A stretch of DNA of 64,000 nt. Source: Bdellovibrionaceae bacterium UBA3535. GTDB lineage: Bacteria > Bdellovibrionota > Bdellovibrionia > Bdellovibrionales > UBA840. Of the stretch, positions 47,206 through 57,319 are shown one piece after another. The stretch lies in contig DFOS01000026.1 of assembly GCA_002376845.1 (NCBI GenBank), positions 130,327 to 194,326 on the forward strand. Direction: 5' to 3'. The position numbers were made by a program, and so were the translations under genes. Each line of letters begins with the position of its first letter. Position 1 is the first letter of the stretch. The notes beneath the pieces were generated by a model. That model made no database searches, was not told the origin of the DNA, and saw only the letters and a list, made by a program, of their open reading frames with translations.

Positions 47206-47733
47206 TTCTTTTCAGGGCGTCCGTTGTAGGCGCCCTAGCCTTTCCACTCGCTGGGGCAACAACTGATAATCTCAGAGATGAAAGAGGGGATTAAATATAC
47301 TTTGAACGATGAAAAGTATTATACTAGGGCCAATTCTAAAAAAGGTAGATACTTATTACGTATGCCTAAAACCATACAAAAATTAAAACTAGAAGAAAAA
47401 ATGCTTTGCAAAAAATAAGTGTCTTAATAGGAAAAATTTGACATTACAAAACAGATATCAAGTCATAACTAAACTGGACTTCCACTAAATGACCGGACGC
47501 AATACCGGAGGCTTGTGAGTAATTAGAAATCCGTATATCCTGTTCTATTGCGTCTTTGTAGGCTCGGGTTGCGATTTATACATCGGGGTTTTGACCGTTT
47601 AACCTATTAGGCAAGGCGCTTTTTCCTCCCTGAAAGCCTAATAATTTGCAGATGAGCACTTTCAGTATATGAAAGAATTTTAGCCGTTAGCTATTGGCTT
47701 TGAGTTTTCATACAATAATGGCATCACCGATCT

Positions 47734-49107
47734 GTGATTTTAAGAACGTTTATCTCTATCTATATCACTGTTTTTTCATTTTCCGCAGTTGCAAAGACAT
47801 GGCAGTGTGCAGAACTTTTCCAGAGTAAAGAACTTTTACCACATCTCAATCAACGCAAAAGAATACTACCCCCACCAAAACAGTGTTTAGGCACCTGTTA
47901 TTTGGAGGCCTCTGTACTCGCATTAAACTACTTGGTCCGCGAAAACTTTGGAAGTGATTTTTCCGTCAGCCGAACCGAAGCCATAAAATATATTGTATTG
48001 GAACGTTTGTCTCGAGCCTTTCTGAATATTGATGGTTTACGACTGCCAGCACGATATAAATATACAAAACAAAAAGATCACAATCGTGAGATTGTCGACC
48101 TCATCTCTGGGGGAAGTGCAGATTACACTCTTATCACATTGAAAAATAAAAAAATTATAACTGAAAAAAGATTGACCTTTGCGCAACAAAGAGAAGAAAA
48201 CCAAATCATTGATCAAACCCTAAACGAACTTAATTACAAAGTTCGAGAAATTATAAACTGGGACCACGGGCAACAAAAAAATTCTAGAATTTTCTTTGAA
48301 TATGTTATGGATCAGCTGGCAAAAGACTTTAACAATGAATGGCTTGTCGAACCATTATTAAGTATAAAGGAAAATTGGAGTCAATCATATTTCGAGCGGT
48401 CTATAAGTGGGTTAAAAGACCTATTGGCACACCAGATTTTTAGACTGGAAAAGACCATTAAAGAGAATGAGCAAATAATTGAACAGTTAAAAACATCGAC
48501 TCGTAAAGATCTTAAAGTGATCGAAATCATTTTAAACAACAACGCCGGCATCAAAAAAAGTCGAGAACAGCTAAAGAAAACATTAAACATGGTAGCCATT
48601 GAACAAGAAAAGCATAGAAAACATTTGCAGGCCAAGGTTACTGCTCTTAAAAGGTGGCTATCCCGAAAGCTAAAGGTTGAAAACACCGAACTTTTTGAGT
48701 TTGAGGGTTTCGGCGCTAAGCAGATTCATCATCGTTTTGATACGAAAAAAAGTATCAATAGTCTTATAAATAAAATGCAGATGTTTCTTGCAGAAGGTCA
48801 GCCCTTAATGATTCGCTACTTTCACGACCATAAACTTATGAGACAAATGGGAGAGTTTAAAGTTTTACATCCTGAACCGACAACTGGTACCATGAGGTAT
48901 GCAAACCACTTGGCCCTGCTGGTCGGCTTCGAGAGAAATGAGTTCGGGGAAGTGACTCACTTTATTATACAGCAGAGTTGGGGCTACAGAACGGGCGCCA
49001 AGGGCTTGATGAGAATGTCTGTTTCTTATTTTGATAAATATGTGGACGAAGTTTACACTTTATATTTAGAAAATCAGAATGATGTGAATGTTTATAGTGA
49101 GAATTAA
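47734..49107 (+). CDS. Divergent C1B-like (aminopeptidase C / bleomycin hydrolase-like) papain-fold cysteine peptidase with signal peptide
   Basis: KQCLGTCYLEASVLALN resembles Q..SGRCW.FA.LN (Cys nucleophile). C-terminal ANHLALLVGF...HFIIQQSWGYRTGAKGLMRMSVSYFDKYVDEV resembles HAM.l.G....W.veNSWG...G.kGy..Ms..wfdeyv. Length of 457 aa is typical of C1B. GTG start, no obvious RBS, AT-rich. Confidence 0.55.
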   Translation: MILRTFISIYITVFSFSAVAKTWQCAELFQSKELLPHLNQRKRILPPPKQCLGTCYLEASVLALNYLVRENFGSDFSVSRTEAIKYIVLERLSRAFLNIDGLRLPARYKYTKQKDHNREIVDLISGGSADYTLITLKNKKIITEKRLTFAQQREENQIIDQTLNELNYKVREIINWDHGQQKNSRIFFEYVMDQLAKDFNNEWLVEPLLSIKENWSQSYFERSISGLKDLLAHQIFRLEKTIKENEQIIEQLKTSTRKDLKVIEIILNNNAGIKKSREQLKKTLNMVAIEQEKHRKHLQAKVTALKRWLSRKLKVENTELFEFEGFGAKQIHHRFDTKKSINSLINKMQMFLAEGQPLMIRYFHDHKLMRQMGEFKVLHPEPTTGTMRYANHLALLVGFERNEFGEVTHFIIQQSWGYRTGAKGLMRMSVSYFDKYVDEVYTLYLENQNDVNVYSEN

Positions 49108-49485
49108 AGCTATATTTGTTAAAATCTAAAAGTATCCCCTGCCTGATATGAGGAATCTTGCACTCTATTTCCTTGTATTTGACTTGCTTCTAAGTGAATT
49201 TCTTTGCTTTTTGATAGCCATAACAATGCTCTACCAGCCTTGTGTCTGATTTTAGATAAACCCCGCATCTAGCCTCAACTTAGGCTTCGTTTTCTTCCAA
49301 CATTTCTAAATGATTTCTTCCTCAGAATCATCTAAACGCACATTAAAAACGTCAAAATCGAATATACTAAATAACGTGCCTATTCAGGCAGGGTAGCTCT
49401 ATTGAATTCCGGTCCCATACTGTCCGATCTGGTCGAAACTAAGATTTCTTGGTGTAGTGTCACATCAAGTCTACTACGAATTGAC

Positions 49486-50085
49486 TTACAATCCCTGCAA
49501 AAAGTCTTGAATCTTTTCCTTATCTGCTGCTGGCATCGAAGAAAGCTCAAGCATTTCTGGCATGGACAATAATGATTTTACAGATAGATCTTCTTGCGAA
49601 AATAGGTCCTTTGATTTTTGTAGACCATAGGTAAAAATACTTATCAAACCGATGACATTAGCCCCTGCCTCTCGTAAAGCTTGTACAGCTTGCATGGAGC
49701 TTTTGCCAGTAGAAATTAAATCCTCAATGACGACTATTTTTTGCTCCGCCGTTAGCTTTCCCTCGATTTGATTGCCTTTGCCGTGCTCTTTCGCTGAAGA
49801 GCGTACATAGAGCATGGGCATATTTAGTTTCTGGGCCATAAAAGCGGCATGCGGAATGCCGGCAGTAGCTGTGCCTGCTAGAACTTGCGCCTCAGGAAAA
49901 TTCTGCTGCAGTAAATCCACCAAACCATTCACAATGATTTCTCTTTCCTCAGGAAAAGATAAAAGCAATCGATTGTCGCAATAAATAGGAGAGCGAATGC
50001 CGCTCGCCCATGTAAAGCCAAAATCGGGGTCAATGCTAATGGCTCCTATCTTGGTTAAGATCTCCGCATACCTAGCTTTGGACAT
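49486..50085 (-). CDS. pyrE: Orotate phosphoribosyltransferase
   Basis: Start at MSKARYAEILTKIGAI with GGAG RBS. PRPP-binding VVIEDLISTGKS. Confidence 0.9.
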   Translation of the reverse strand: MSKARYAEILTKIGAISIDPDFGFTWASGIRSPIYCDNRLLLSFPEEREIIVNGLVDLLQQNFPEAQVLAGTATAGIPHAAFMAQKLNMPMLYVRSSAKEHGKGNQIEGKLTAEQKIVVIEDLISTGKSSMQAVQALREAGANVIGLISIFTYGLQKSKDLFSQEDLSVKSLLSMPEMLELSSMPAADKEKIQDFLQGL

Positions 50086-50764
50086 TTTCCATCTCCTGTA
50101 CAATTTCATCCAAAGCCTGACTAGGATCCTCAGCTTTCGTGATGGACCTGCCAATTACTAAAAAATCCGCCTTAGCCTGTACGGCTTCAGCAGGCGTCAT
50201 AATACGCTTTTGATCGTTTGTAGCATCTTGCTTGCGGCGAATCCCCGGACAGACACTAATGCATTTGGGCAATCTCTCTTTGACCAAGCGTAAATCTTTC
50301 GGCGAACAGACCACGCCCTGCATGCCAGAATCCATCGCGATTTGCGAGTAGCGCAAAACGGTCTCTTCCATGCTAGTTGAAATTCCTAAATCTTTTTGCA
50401 TCATCTCTTCAGATGTGGAGGTCAATTGCGTGACGCCAATAAATAGTATGTGCTCAGGTCGATGCTTGGCAGCTTGCTGAAGCATTTCGCTTCCCCCGGC
50501 CACATGAAAGTTCAACATATCCATTGGTAACTGCAACAAAGACTGCGTTGCTTTTTCCACAGTGTTGGGAATGTCGTGCAACTTCAAATCTAAAAAAACT
50601 TTGAATCCTCTGTCTTTTAATTGATGTACAATGCTGGCGCCCTCTTTATAAAAAAGCTCCATGCCGACCTTTACCCAGCGCAAGTCCTGTTCTAAAGGCC
50701 GCACAAAATCTAAGGCCGTAGCAGCGTCCGGAAAATCAAGAGCTAAAATAATCTTTTCGCGCAA
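50072..50764 (-). CDS. pyrF: Orotidine 5'-phosphate decarboxylase
   Basis: IILALDF, DLKLHDIPNT and IGRSIT motifs. I prefer the TTG start at 50764 (AAGGAG 7 nt upstream, 1 nt after the carB stop). The alternative ATG at 50818 would overlap carB by 53 nt. Confidence 0.85.
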   Translation of the reverse strand: MREKIILALDFPDAATALDFVRPLEQDLRWVKVGMELFYKEGASIVHQLKDRGFKVFLDLKLHDIPNTVEKATQSLLQLPMDMLNFHVAGGSEMLQQAAKHRPEHILFIGVTQLTSTSEEMMQKDLGISTSMEETVLRYSQIAMDSGMQGVVCSPKDLRLVKERLPKCISVCPGIRRKQDATNDQKRIMTPAEAVQAKADFLVIGRSITKAEDPSQALDEIVQEMENVQS

Positions 50765-50765
50765 G

Positions 50766-53700
50766 TCAAATCTCCTTAAAGTCTCGAACTTTTTTAACCT
50801 GAAAGGCCAAAGATTCAATCACTGAAACCATGGCTCTAGCAGTATCCAGTGAAGTTAAACAAACCAAATTTCTCTCCACTGCCGCCCGGCGAATTTTAAA
50901 GCCATCCCGCGTGGGCATTTTGCCTTTGGTTAAGGTGTTCAAAATATATTGCGCCTTCCCGTCTTGAATCATATCCAAGATATTGGGCGAGCCCTCTTCT
51001 ACTTTTTTCAGACGTTTTACTTTTAGGCCCTTCGATTCTAAAAAGGCAGCGGTTCCACCGGTGGCCCAAATCTTTAAACCCAAATCCGCAAAGCGCTCAA
51101 TGATGGGATAAGCCTCTTCTTTGTCTTTATCTGCTACTGTACATATTAGATTGCCAAAGGTGGGAACCTTCATGCCCGAGGCGATAAGGCCTTTATAAAG
51201 AGCCTTTTCCATACTGCGGTCACTCCCCATCACCTCACCGGTGGATTTCATTTCAGGTCCAAGATGGGTGTCCACTTGCGTGAGCTTTGCAAAGGAAAAG
51301 ACAGGAACTTTTACCGAGTAGGAATCCTTTGGCTCTTCATAGTAGCCGCTAGAAATTCCCATGCTGGACAGACTATCTCCCAATATCGCACGGGTCGCAA
51401 TTTTTGCCATGGGAATGCCGGTAACTTTGGATAAGAAAGGTACGGTTCTTGAGCTACGAGGATTGACTTCAATCACATAAATATTGTCTTTATGTAATAC
51501 AAATTGAATGTTTAGTATGCCTTTTACCTTTAACTCTTTACAAATTTTTGTGGTGATTGAAATGATATCTTCTTTGGTTTCGGGCTTCACCCTTCTAGGA
51601 GGATAAACAGCAATGGAATCACCGGAGTGTACACCCGCCCGTTCAATATGCTCCATAATGCCAGGGATAAAAACATCCTTACCGTCACTGATAGCATCCA
51701 CCTCTAATTCTAAACCGATCATATAGCGGTCAATCAAGACGGGTTTGGCTGGATTGAGCTCCACCGCTTCATCAATGTACCGCTCCAGCTCCTCGCTGGA
51801 ATAAACAATCTCCATGGCTCGGCCGCCAAGGACATAGGAAGGACGAACCAATACTGGGTAGCCAAGCTCTTCGGCTACCGCTACGGCTTCTTGCTTGTTG
51901 GTCACCGATTTTCCTAGAGGCTGCGCGATATCTAATTTCTTTAGGAGTACTTCAAATTTCTTACGATCTTCGGTGCGATCAATATCCTCTAGCGACATTC
52001 CGAGAATTTCTACGCCGCGCTCTTTTAAATCTTCAGCTAGGTTAATGGCTGTCTGTCCGCCAAATTGCACAATCACGCCCTTGGGTTTTTCCGTATCAAT
52101 TACATGCATAACATCTTCGGTAGTGAGCGGATCAAAGTAGAGGCGATCCGAAGTAGAAAAATCCGTGGATACCGTTTCAGGATTGTTATTGATCACCAAG
52201 GCTTCATAGCCCATGGACTGAATGGCTTTCACGGCGTGAACCGTAGCATAATCAAACTCAATTCCCTGCCCGATTCGAATGGGGCCTGAGCCTAAAACAA
52301 GAATCTTCTCTTTGCTTGAGGCAAAGGACTCGTTTTCTTCCTCATAGGTCGAATAAAAATACGGTGTGCTAGAGGCAAATTCAGCAGCACAAGTATCAAC
52401 CATTTTATAAACCGGCATCAAATCGTTTTGTTTGCGAAAATCATAGACTTGTCTTTCTGTAAGCCCCGCCTTGCGTGCAATATAGGAGTCGGCAAAGCCC
52501 AAACGTTTTAAATCGTAGAGAGTCTCTTTTTCTAAGCTTGCGGAAATCTTTTTTTCTGCTTGAATGATTTTTTCTAATTTGCACAAAAAGAAAAGATCAA
52601 TCTTCGTTGCCGAATGAATCTCTCTTAAATCACAGCCTTTGCGAATCAATTCGCTAACAACAAACAATCTTTCATCCGTTGCCAAGGCAGCAATCTCTAA
52701 AAGCTCCGAGACTTCTTTGTTTTGCCATTTCTTATCTTCAATATGATCTAGGCCAAGCTCTAAAGAGCGCACGGCTTTGAGCATTGACTCCTCAAAGCAG
52801 CGGCCAATGGCCATAACCTCGCCCGTAGCTTTCATTTGCGTGCCGAGCTTTCTTAAACCCCCTGCAAATTTATCAAAGGGCCAGCGCGGAATTTTTGATA
52901 CCACATAATCAATGCTCGGCTCAAAACAGGCGTAGGTGGTCTTCGTTACCGGGTTGATGATTTCATCCAAAGTGTAGCCGATGGCAATCTTTGCGGCGAT
53001 TTTGGCAATGGGGTAGCCCGTCGCTTTGGAAGCCAGCGCCGAAGAGCGTGAAACCCTTGGGTTGACTTCAATCACGTAATAATCAAAGGAGTCTGGATCA
53101 AGAGCCAACTGTACATTGCAGCCGCCTTCAATTTTTAAGGCGCGAATGATGCGAATCGAGGCGCTGCGAAGCATTTGGTACTCGCGATCGGATAGCGTTT
53201 GCGAGGGGGCCACCACGATGGAATCCCCAGTGTGCACACCCACAGGATCAAAGTTTTCCATATTGCAGACCACGATGCAGTTGTCGTTGGCATCTCGCAT
53301 AACCTCGTATTCAATTTCTTTAAAACCGGCGATGGATTTTTCTACCAAGCACTGATTGATCGGCGAGTTTTCAAGTCCACTTTGCAAAATCTCGCGCAGC
53401 TCTTTTTCATTGGCAGCAATGCCGCCGCCGGTGCCACCCATGGTATAGGCCGGGCGAACAATGATAGGATAGGAAGTCTCTTCGGCAAATTTTAATCCCG
53501 CCTCAATATTATCCACAATATCACTTGGCGGAACGGGTTGATCGATTTTCTGCATCAAGCGGCGAAAGCGCTCACGGTCTTCGGCTTTTTCAATCGCATT
53601 CAGACTAGTACCTAGAAGTCTTACACCCTCTTCTTTCAAAACTCCCGCTGCATCGAGCTCCATGGCAAGATTTAGTGCCGTTTGCCCGCCAAGACCGGCA

Positions 53701-53960
53701 AGCAAGGCATCCGGCTGCTCGCGCCGAATGACCTTGGTAACAAAATCCAAAGTTAAGGGTTCAATATAAATTTTGTCTGCCATCTCGGGGTCGGTCATGA
53801 TGGTGGCCGGATTGGAGTTAATCAACACGACCTCAAGGCCCTCTTCTTTGAGCGCCTGGCATGCCTGGGTGCCGGCATAATCAAATTCTGCCGCCTGGCC
53901 AATGACGATGGGACCCGAGCCAATCACCAAAACTTTTTTTACATCTTGCAGTTTAGGCAT
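50766..53960 (-). CDS. carB: Carbamoyl-phosphate synthase large subunit
   Basis: 1064 aa with duplicated ATP-grasp halves and conserved CPSase motifs throughout. Confidence 0.97.
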   Translation of the reverse strand: MPKLQDVKKVLVIGSGPIVIGQAAEFDYAGTQACQALKEEGLEVVLINSNPATIMTDPEMADKIYIEPLTLDFVTKVIRREQPDALLAGLGGQTALNLAMELDAAGVLKEEGVRLLGTSLNAIEKAEDRERFRRLMQKIDQPVPPSDIVDNIEAGLKFAEETSYPIIVRPAYTMGGTGGGIAANEKELREILQSGLENSPINQCLVEKSIAGFKEIEYEVMRDANDNCIVVCNMENFDPVGVHTGDSIVVAPSQTLSDREYQMLRSASIRIIRALKIEGGCNVQLALDPDSFDYYVIEVNPRVSRSSALASKATGYPIAKIAAKIAIGYTLDEIINPVTKTTYACFEPSIDYVVSKIPRWPFDKFAGGLRKLGTQMKATGEVMAIGRCFEESMLKAVRSLELGLDHIEDKKWQNKEVSELLEIAALATDERLFVVSELIRKGCDLREIHSATKIDLFFLCKLEKIIQAEKKISASLEKETLYDLKRLGFADSYIARKAGLTERQVYDFRKQNDLMPVYKMVDTCAAEFASSTPYFYSTYEEENESFASSKEKILVLGSGPIRIGQGIEFDYATVHAVKAIQSMGYEALVINNNPETVSTDFSTSDRLYFDPLTTEDVMHVIDTEKPKGVIVQFGGQTAINLAEDLKERGVEILGMSLEDIDRTEDRKKFEVLLKKLDIAQPLGKSVTNKQEAVAVAEELGYPVLVRPSYVLGGRAMEIVYSSEELERYIDEAVELNPAKPVLIDRYMIGLELEVDAISDGKDVFIPGIMEHIERAGVHSGDSIAVYPPRRVKPETKEDIISITTKICKELKVKGILNIQFVLHKDNIYVIEVNPRSSRTVPFLSKVTGIPMAKIATRAILGDSLSSMGISSGYYEEPKDSYSVKVPVFSFAKLTQVDTHLGPEMKSTGEVMGSDRSMEKALYKGLIASGMKVPTFGNLICTVADKDKEEAYPIIERFADLGLKIWATGGTAAFLESKGLKVKRLKKVEEGSPNILDMIQDGKAQYILNTLTKGKMPTRDGFKIRRAAVERNLVCLTSLDTARAMVSVIESLAFQVKKVRDFKEI

Positions 53961-55035
53961 GCTCGACTCCTTTAAATTTTGCTATGCGCTGAAAAAACTC
54001 ATCAAAAAGGTAAGCATTGTCGCCAGGGCCGGGCTGCGCCTCCGGATGGTATTGCACAGAAAAAATATTGAGCTTTTTGTGTTGCAAGCCCTCCACGCTT
54101 TGATCGTTCATGGAAATATGGCTTACTTCTAAATCGGTATCTTTTAAAGATTCTTCAATGATTGAATAGGAATGGTTTTGCGCCGACATATTGACTTTAT
54201 TTAAGGCCAAATCTTTTACCGGATGATTGGAGCCGCGGTGACCAAATTTTAATTTTTCTACTTTTGCACCAAAGGCTACAGCTAATAGTTGGTGCCCCAA
54301 ACAAATTCCCATGATGGGCAGCTTGTCTTTTACGGCATGGATGAAATCACTCGCGCCTTTTACATCTCGAGGATCGCCCGGGCCATTGGAAAGTAAGATC
54401 GCATCCACTTCGGCATTTAAAACTTCCTCGGCAGGAGTATCGTAAGGAAATAAAATCACTTCCGCCCCGCGGTGCAAAAGCTCCTTAATGATGCCGCGTT
54501 TGCAGCCATAGTCCATCACTGCAATTCGGTAAGAATTTCCAGGGAAATGCTGCGGACTTTTGGTCGATACCGTGGCGACCTGATCGCGAGGCAATTCTTG
54601 CTTTAAAGACTCTAAGATTTCGGTCTCTTTTGCCGGGTCAAAATATATTGCCCCCTTCATGGTGCCGTGCTCGCGGATTTTGCGAGTCAGCTTGCGAGTA
54701 TCAATGCCGCTTAGTGCAGGTATGTCGTATTTTTTTAACATCTCTGACAAACTTTTTGTGGAGCGCCAGTTGGAAGGGATCTCCGTATAGTCACGCATCA
54801 CAAAGCCTTGCACAAAGGGACGCACCGATTGGAAGTCATCGCGGTTTACCCCGTAATTGCCAATCAGAGGGTAGGTCATATTGATGATTTGCCCGCAATA
54901 CGAAGGATCGGTCAAAATTTCTTGGTAGCCTGTTAGCCCTGTATTGAATACCACTTCGCCTAGACTTTGTTTTTCACTGCCAAAGGAGTCGCCCTGAAAA
55001 TTGGTGCCGTCTTCAAGAATTAAGTAAGCTTTCAC
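53953..55035 (-). CDS. carA: Carbamoyl-phosphate synthase small (glutaminase) subunit
   Basis: GICLGHQLL catalytic Cys and the HPE triad region. 8-nt overlap with carB. Confidence 0.95.
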   Translation of the reverse strand: MKAYLILEDGTNFQGDSFGSEKQSLGEVVFNTGLTGYQEILTDPSYCGQIINMTYPLIGNYGVNRDDFQSVRPFVQGFVMRDYTEIPSNWRSTKSLSEMLKKYDIPALSGIDTRKLTRKIREHGTMKGAIYFDPAKETEILESLKQELPRDQVATVSTKSPQHFPGNSYRIAVMDYGCKRGIIKELLHRGAEVILFPYDTPAEEVLNAEVDAILLSNGPGDPRDVKGASDFIHAVKDKLPIMGICLGHQLLAVAFGAKVEKLKFGHRGSNHPVKDLALNKVNMSAQNHSYSIIEESLKDTDLEVSHISMNDQSVEGLQHKKLNIFSVQYHPEAQPGPGDNAYLFDEFFQRIAKFKGVEHA

Positions 55036-55921
55036 TGGCTTTTCCTCCTAGAATCTTATCAATAATTGCCATTCGCACAAAAGTACCATTTTCTACCTGC
55101 TGATCAATGGTCACATTCTTTTTTTCAATGAGGGAGCTGGCAATTTCTTTGTCCCGAATGAAGGGCCCTGGATGCATGACGATGGAGCCTGGCTTCATTT
55201 GCTTGTAGCGTGCTTCCGTCAGACCGTAGACCTCGTGATATTGCTCATTGGTCATGGCCTGCATACTTGCGTGGCGCTCATTTTGTACTCGCATCAGGTA
55301 CAAGACATCCACGCTCTCCAAAAGATCATCCATTCGGTAATTTTCATAGCCATCAAGACTTTGATTATCTATAGGGCAAAGGTAAGTCTGCACCGGAAAG
55401 TGCTGCCACATCTGCAAATGCGAGGCAACGACGCGCGAGTGCTGTATGTCGCCAACAAAGGCAATTTTTAGATTTTCCAGCGAGCCAAAGCGCTCTTCTA
55501 TGCTCATTAAATCCAGCAAAGCTTGTGTGGGATGCGCGGACTGCCCCGAGCCTGCGTTGATGATTGGCATCTTGATTTGTCTAGCTAGCTCTTTTAGCTT
55601 TTCTACCTCTTGCGAGGCGCGCAGCACACAGGCCTTCACACCGATCGACTCAAGTGTTTTCAAAGTATCGTAGAGAGTTTCGCCTTTTTTTATGCTAGAA
55701 GCCGTAGCATCAATATAAATGGGATGCAGACCCAATTTTTGCTCCGCCACCTCAAAGGAGACGCGGGTGCGCGTGGAGGCTTCTAAAAAGAGATTGGCGA
55801 TGCTATGAAGTTCCGATAAAAAAAATGGGACCTGAGGTCCCTTTTTAAATATTGAGGCATTTTTTATAATTTCGCGAAAATCTTCGCTATTCCATTCTTC
55901 AAAATCGATCAGGTGCTTCAT
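55013..55921 (-). CDS. pyrB: Aspartate carbamoyltransferase catalytic subunit
   Basis: STRTRVSFE, HPTQAL and HPGP motifs, 302 aa. Confidence 0.95.
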   Translation of the reverse strand: MKHLIDFEEWNSEDFREIIKNASIFKKGPQVPFFLSELHSIANLFLEASTRTRVSFEVAEQKLGLHPIYIDATASSIKKGETLYDTLKTLESIGVKACVLRASQEVEKLKELARQIKMPIINAGSGQSAHPTQALLDLMSIEERFGSLENLKIAFVGDIQHSRVVASHLQMWQHFPVQTYLCPIDNQSLDGYENYRMDDLLESVDVLYLMRVQNERHASMQAMTNEQYHEVYGLTEARYKQMKPGSIVMHPGPFIRDKEIASSLIEKKNVTIDQQVENGTFVRMAIIDKILGGKASESLLNS

Positions 55922-55978
55922 CCTGAGTACTTATACTACAAAAGGGTGGGCCAAAGACAAGCTTTTTTTGGCGCGAAT

Positions 55979-56221
55979 TCACGGGCTCGTCTTAAAGCGA
56001 CGAATTCCATCAAGTATGAACATACGCATCACCACCTGGTAGGGAATCTCCAGCTTTGCAGCTATCTTTTTAAGATCTTTAATGGTGGATTCATCCAGCG
56101 CCACACTAGTGGGCTTTCGCTGTCCCTTTTGACGTTTTTTCATCGCCTCTAGTATTTTGCTATCGTCAAACACGCTATCGTCTTCATAGGCTTTCTGCGA
56201 TTTTGCGTAGGATTTTGCCAT
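55979..56221 (-). CDS. Ribbon-helix-helix (CopG-type antitoxin-like) small DNA-binding protein
   Basis: Start at MAKSYAKSQ with GAGGTGG RBS. C-terminal KPTSVALDESTIKDLKKIAAKLEIPYQVVMRMFILDGIRR fits a beta-strand/helix/helix RHH with the GIPYQ-type motif of CopG antitoxins. No toxin partner is adjacent. Confidence 0.5.
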   Translation of the reverse strand: MAKSYAKSQKAYEDDSVFDDSKILEAMKKRQKGQRKPTSVALDESTIKDLKKIAAKLEIPYQVVMRMFILDGIRRFKTSP

Positions 56222-56538
56222 ATAACCACCTCTCTTTCTTTCCTGCAATGCGCGCACTTATGGGCCGTATTCTTTCACCTCGGAAAGTGAACACGACATG
56301 CAATAAACGGCCCTCCTTTGAGGGGCCTAGTATACCATACTTTTATATAGTGTTTAGGCACTACAATCATTTAAAGAAACGCAATGATTTTAATGGAATT
56401 CGGAGAAAAATAGAAACCGTTCTTTATCTACGACGCATTCGGAATATGGATAGACGGATTCGAAATACCGAAGCAATAAATAGTCCAAGCCGAAGAAAAT
56501 TCGTTACAGCTCCAGAGAAATCCATTAGCCTTGAAAAT

Positions 56539-57288
56539 ATGAAATATATATTTGTTTTAATACTTTTATTCGTATCTCAGATAGCTCACTCGCAAGTGAT
56601 TTTGGAAAACCTTCGTCAAAAGCAGGAGAAAAAAGAAGCCTCCCGCTGGACGCTAGCAGGTTGGCTCGCACAAAAAGAGCGAATACAAATGATGGATTAC
56701 TGGCTGGCAATGAATACCAAGGATGATCCCTTTGAATTTTCCATCGGAGCTGATAGTGGCGATTTAGATCAAAGCCGTAGTCAGGGCACTAGTACAAGCG
56801 AAAGCTCAGAGGACAGCTTGCAATACAATTTTACGGCCTATGCTTCCATCATTGGAATCGAAGGTCGCTGGATCGATAATGAGGAGGCTTACGAGGGCTC
56901 CGATATATCTCTGCACCTTCGCCTATTAGGGGCAAGCCAGCAAAACACCAACATCAATTTAGAGGTGGGACAATACGTTCGCACCCTTGATATTTTTACT
57001 TTTCAAGACGAAGAATTTAAAACCACTTTTTATGGCGGCAGCCTGACTTTGTACTTGATCAAATACTTTGGAATCAAAGGACGCTATTATCAAATCCAAG
57101 AAGATACGTCTGACAACCAGGTAGAGATATCTGGCAGCCGCACAGAATTTGAGGCGTTTATCGATTACAGTTTTGTTCGCGTTTATGGCCAGCTCTACCA
57201 AGAAGAGATGGATTTTAGCTTAACGGGGAATAATCCTATTGCCTTGGAAGTAGATGGTGTGAATGCGGGGCTAAAGATATTTTTCTAA
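56539..57288 (+). CDS. Putative outer-membrane beta-barrel protein
   Basis: Start at MKYIFVLILLFVSQIAHSQ (signal peptide). Alternating strand pattern and a C-terminal ...GLKIFF. The 112-aa N-terminal extension of the track ORF (from 56203) is rejected. Confidence 0.55.
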   Translation: MKYIFVLILLFVSQIAHSQVILENLRQKQEKKEASRWTLAGWLAQKERIQMMDYWLAMNTKDDPFEFSIGADSGDLDQSRSQGTSTSESSEDSLQYNFTAYASIIGIEGRWIDNEEAYEGSDISLHLRLLGASQQNTNINLEVGQYVRTLDIFTFQDEEFKTTFYGGSLTLYLIKYFGIKGRYYQIQEDTSDNQVEISGSRTEFEAFIDYSFVRVYGQLYQEEMDFSLTGNNPIALEVDGVNAGLKIFF

Positions 57289-57319
57289 TAACTAATTTAG
57301 CTTCAAGAAAAATAAAATC

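Noticed and set aside
47278-47418. 46-aa basic ORF (MKEGIKYTLNDEKYYTRANSKKGRYLLRMPKTIQKLKLEEKMLCKK) in the 47.2-47.7 kb gap
   Set aside because: It has only a weak RBS (CAGAG), an AT-rich context where short ORFs arise easily, and no recognisable family. It cannot be supported as a gene from sequence alone, though it might be a remnant of mobile DNA.
49137-49393. 10-nt perfect inverted repeat CCCTGCCTGA / TCAGGCAGGG about 240 bp apart (possible MITE ends) in the gap between the peptidase gene and pyrE
   Set aside because: The match does not extend beyond 10 nt and I saw no target-site duplication. By my rough estimate, a dozen or more such 10-mer inverted pairs within 300 bp are expected by chance in 64 kb.
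56203-56538. 112-aa N-terminal extension of the 56203..57288 ORF
   Set aside because: The extension overlaps the RHH gene start and spans the regulatory gap. It is Arg-rich and low-complexity with no RBS. A canonical signal peptide starts at Met113 (56539), so the CDS is called from there.
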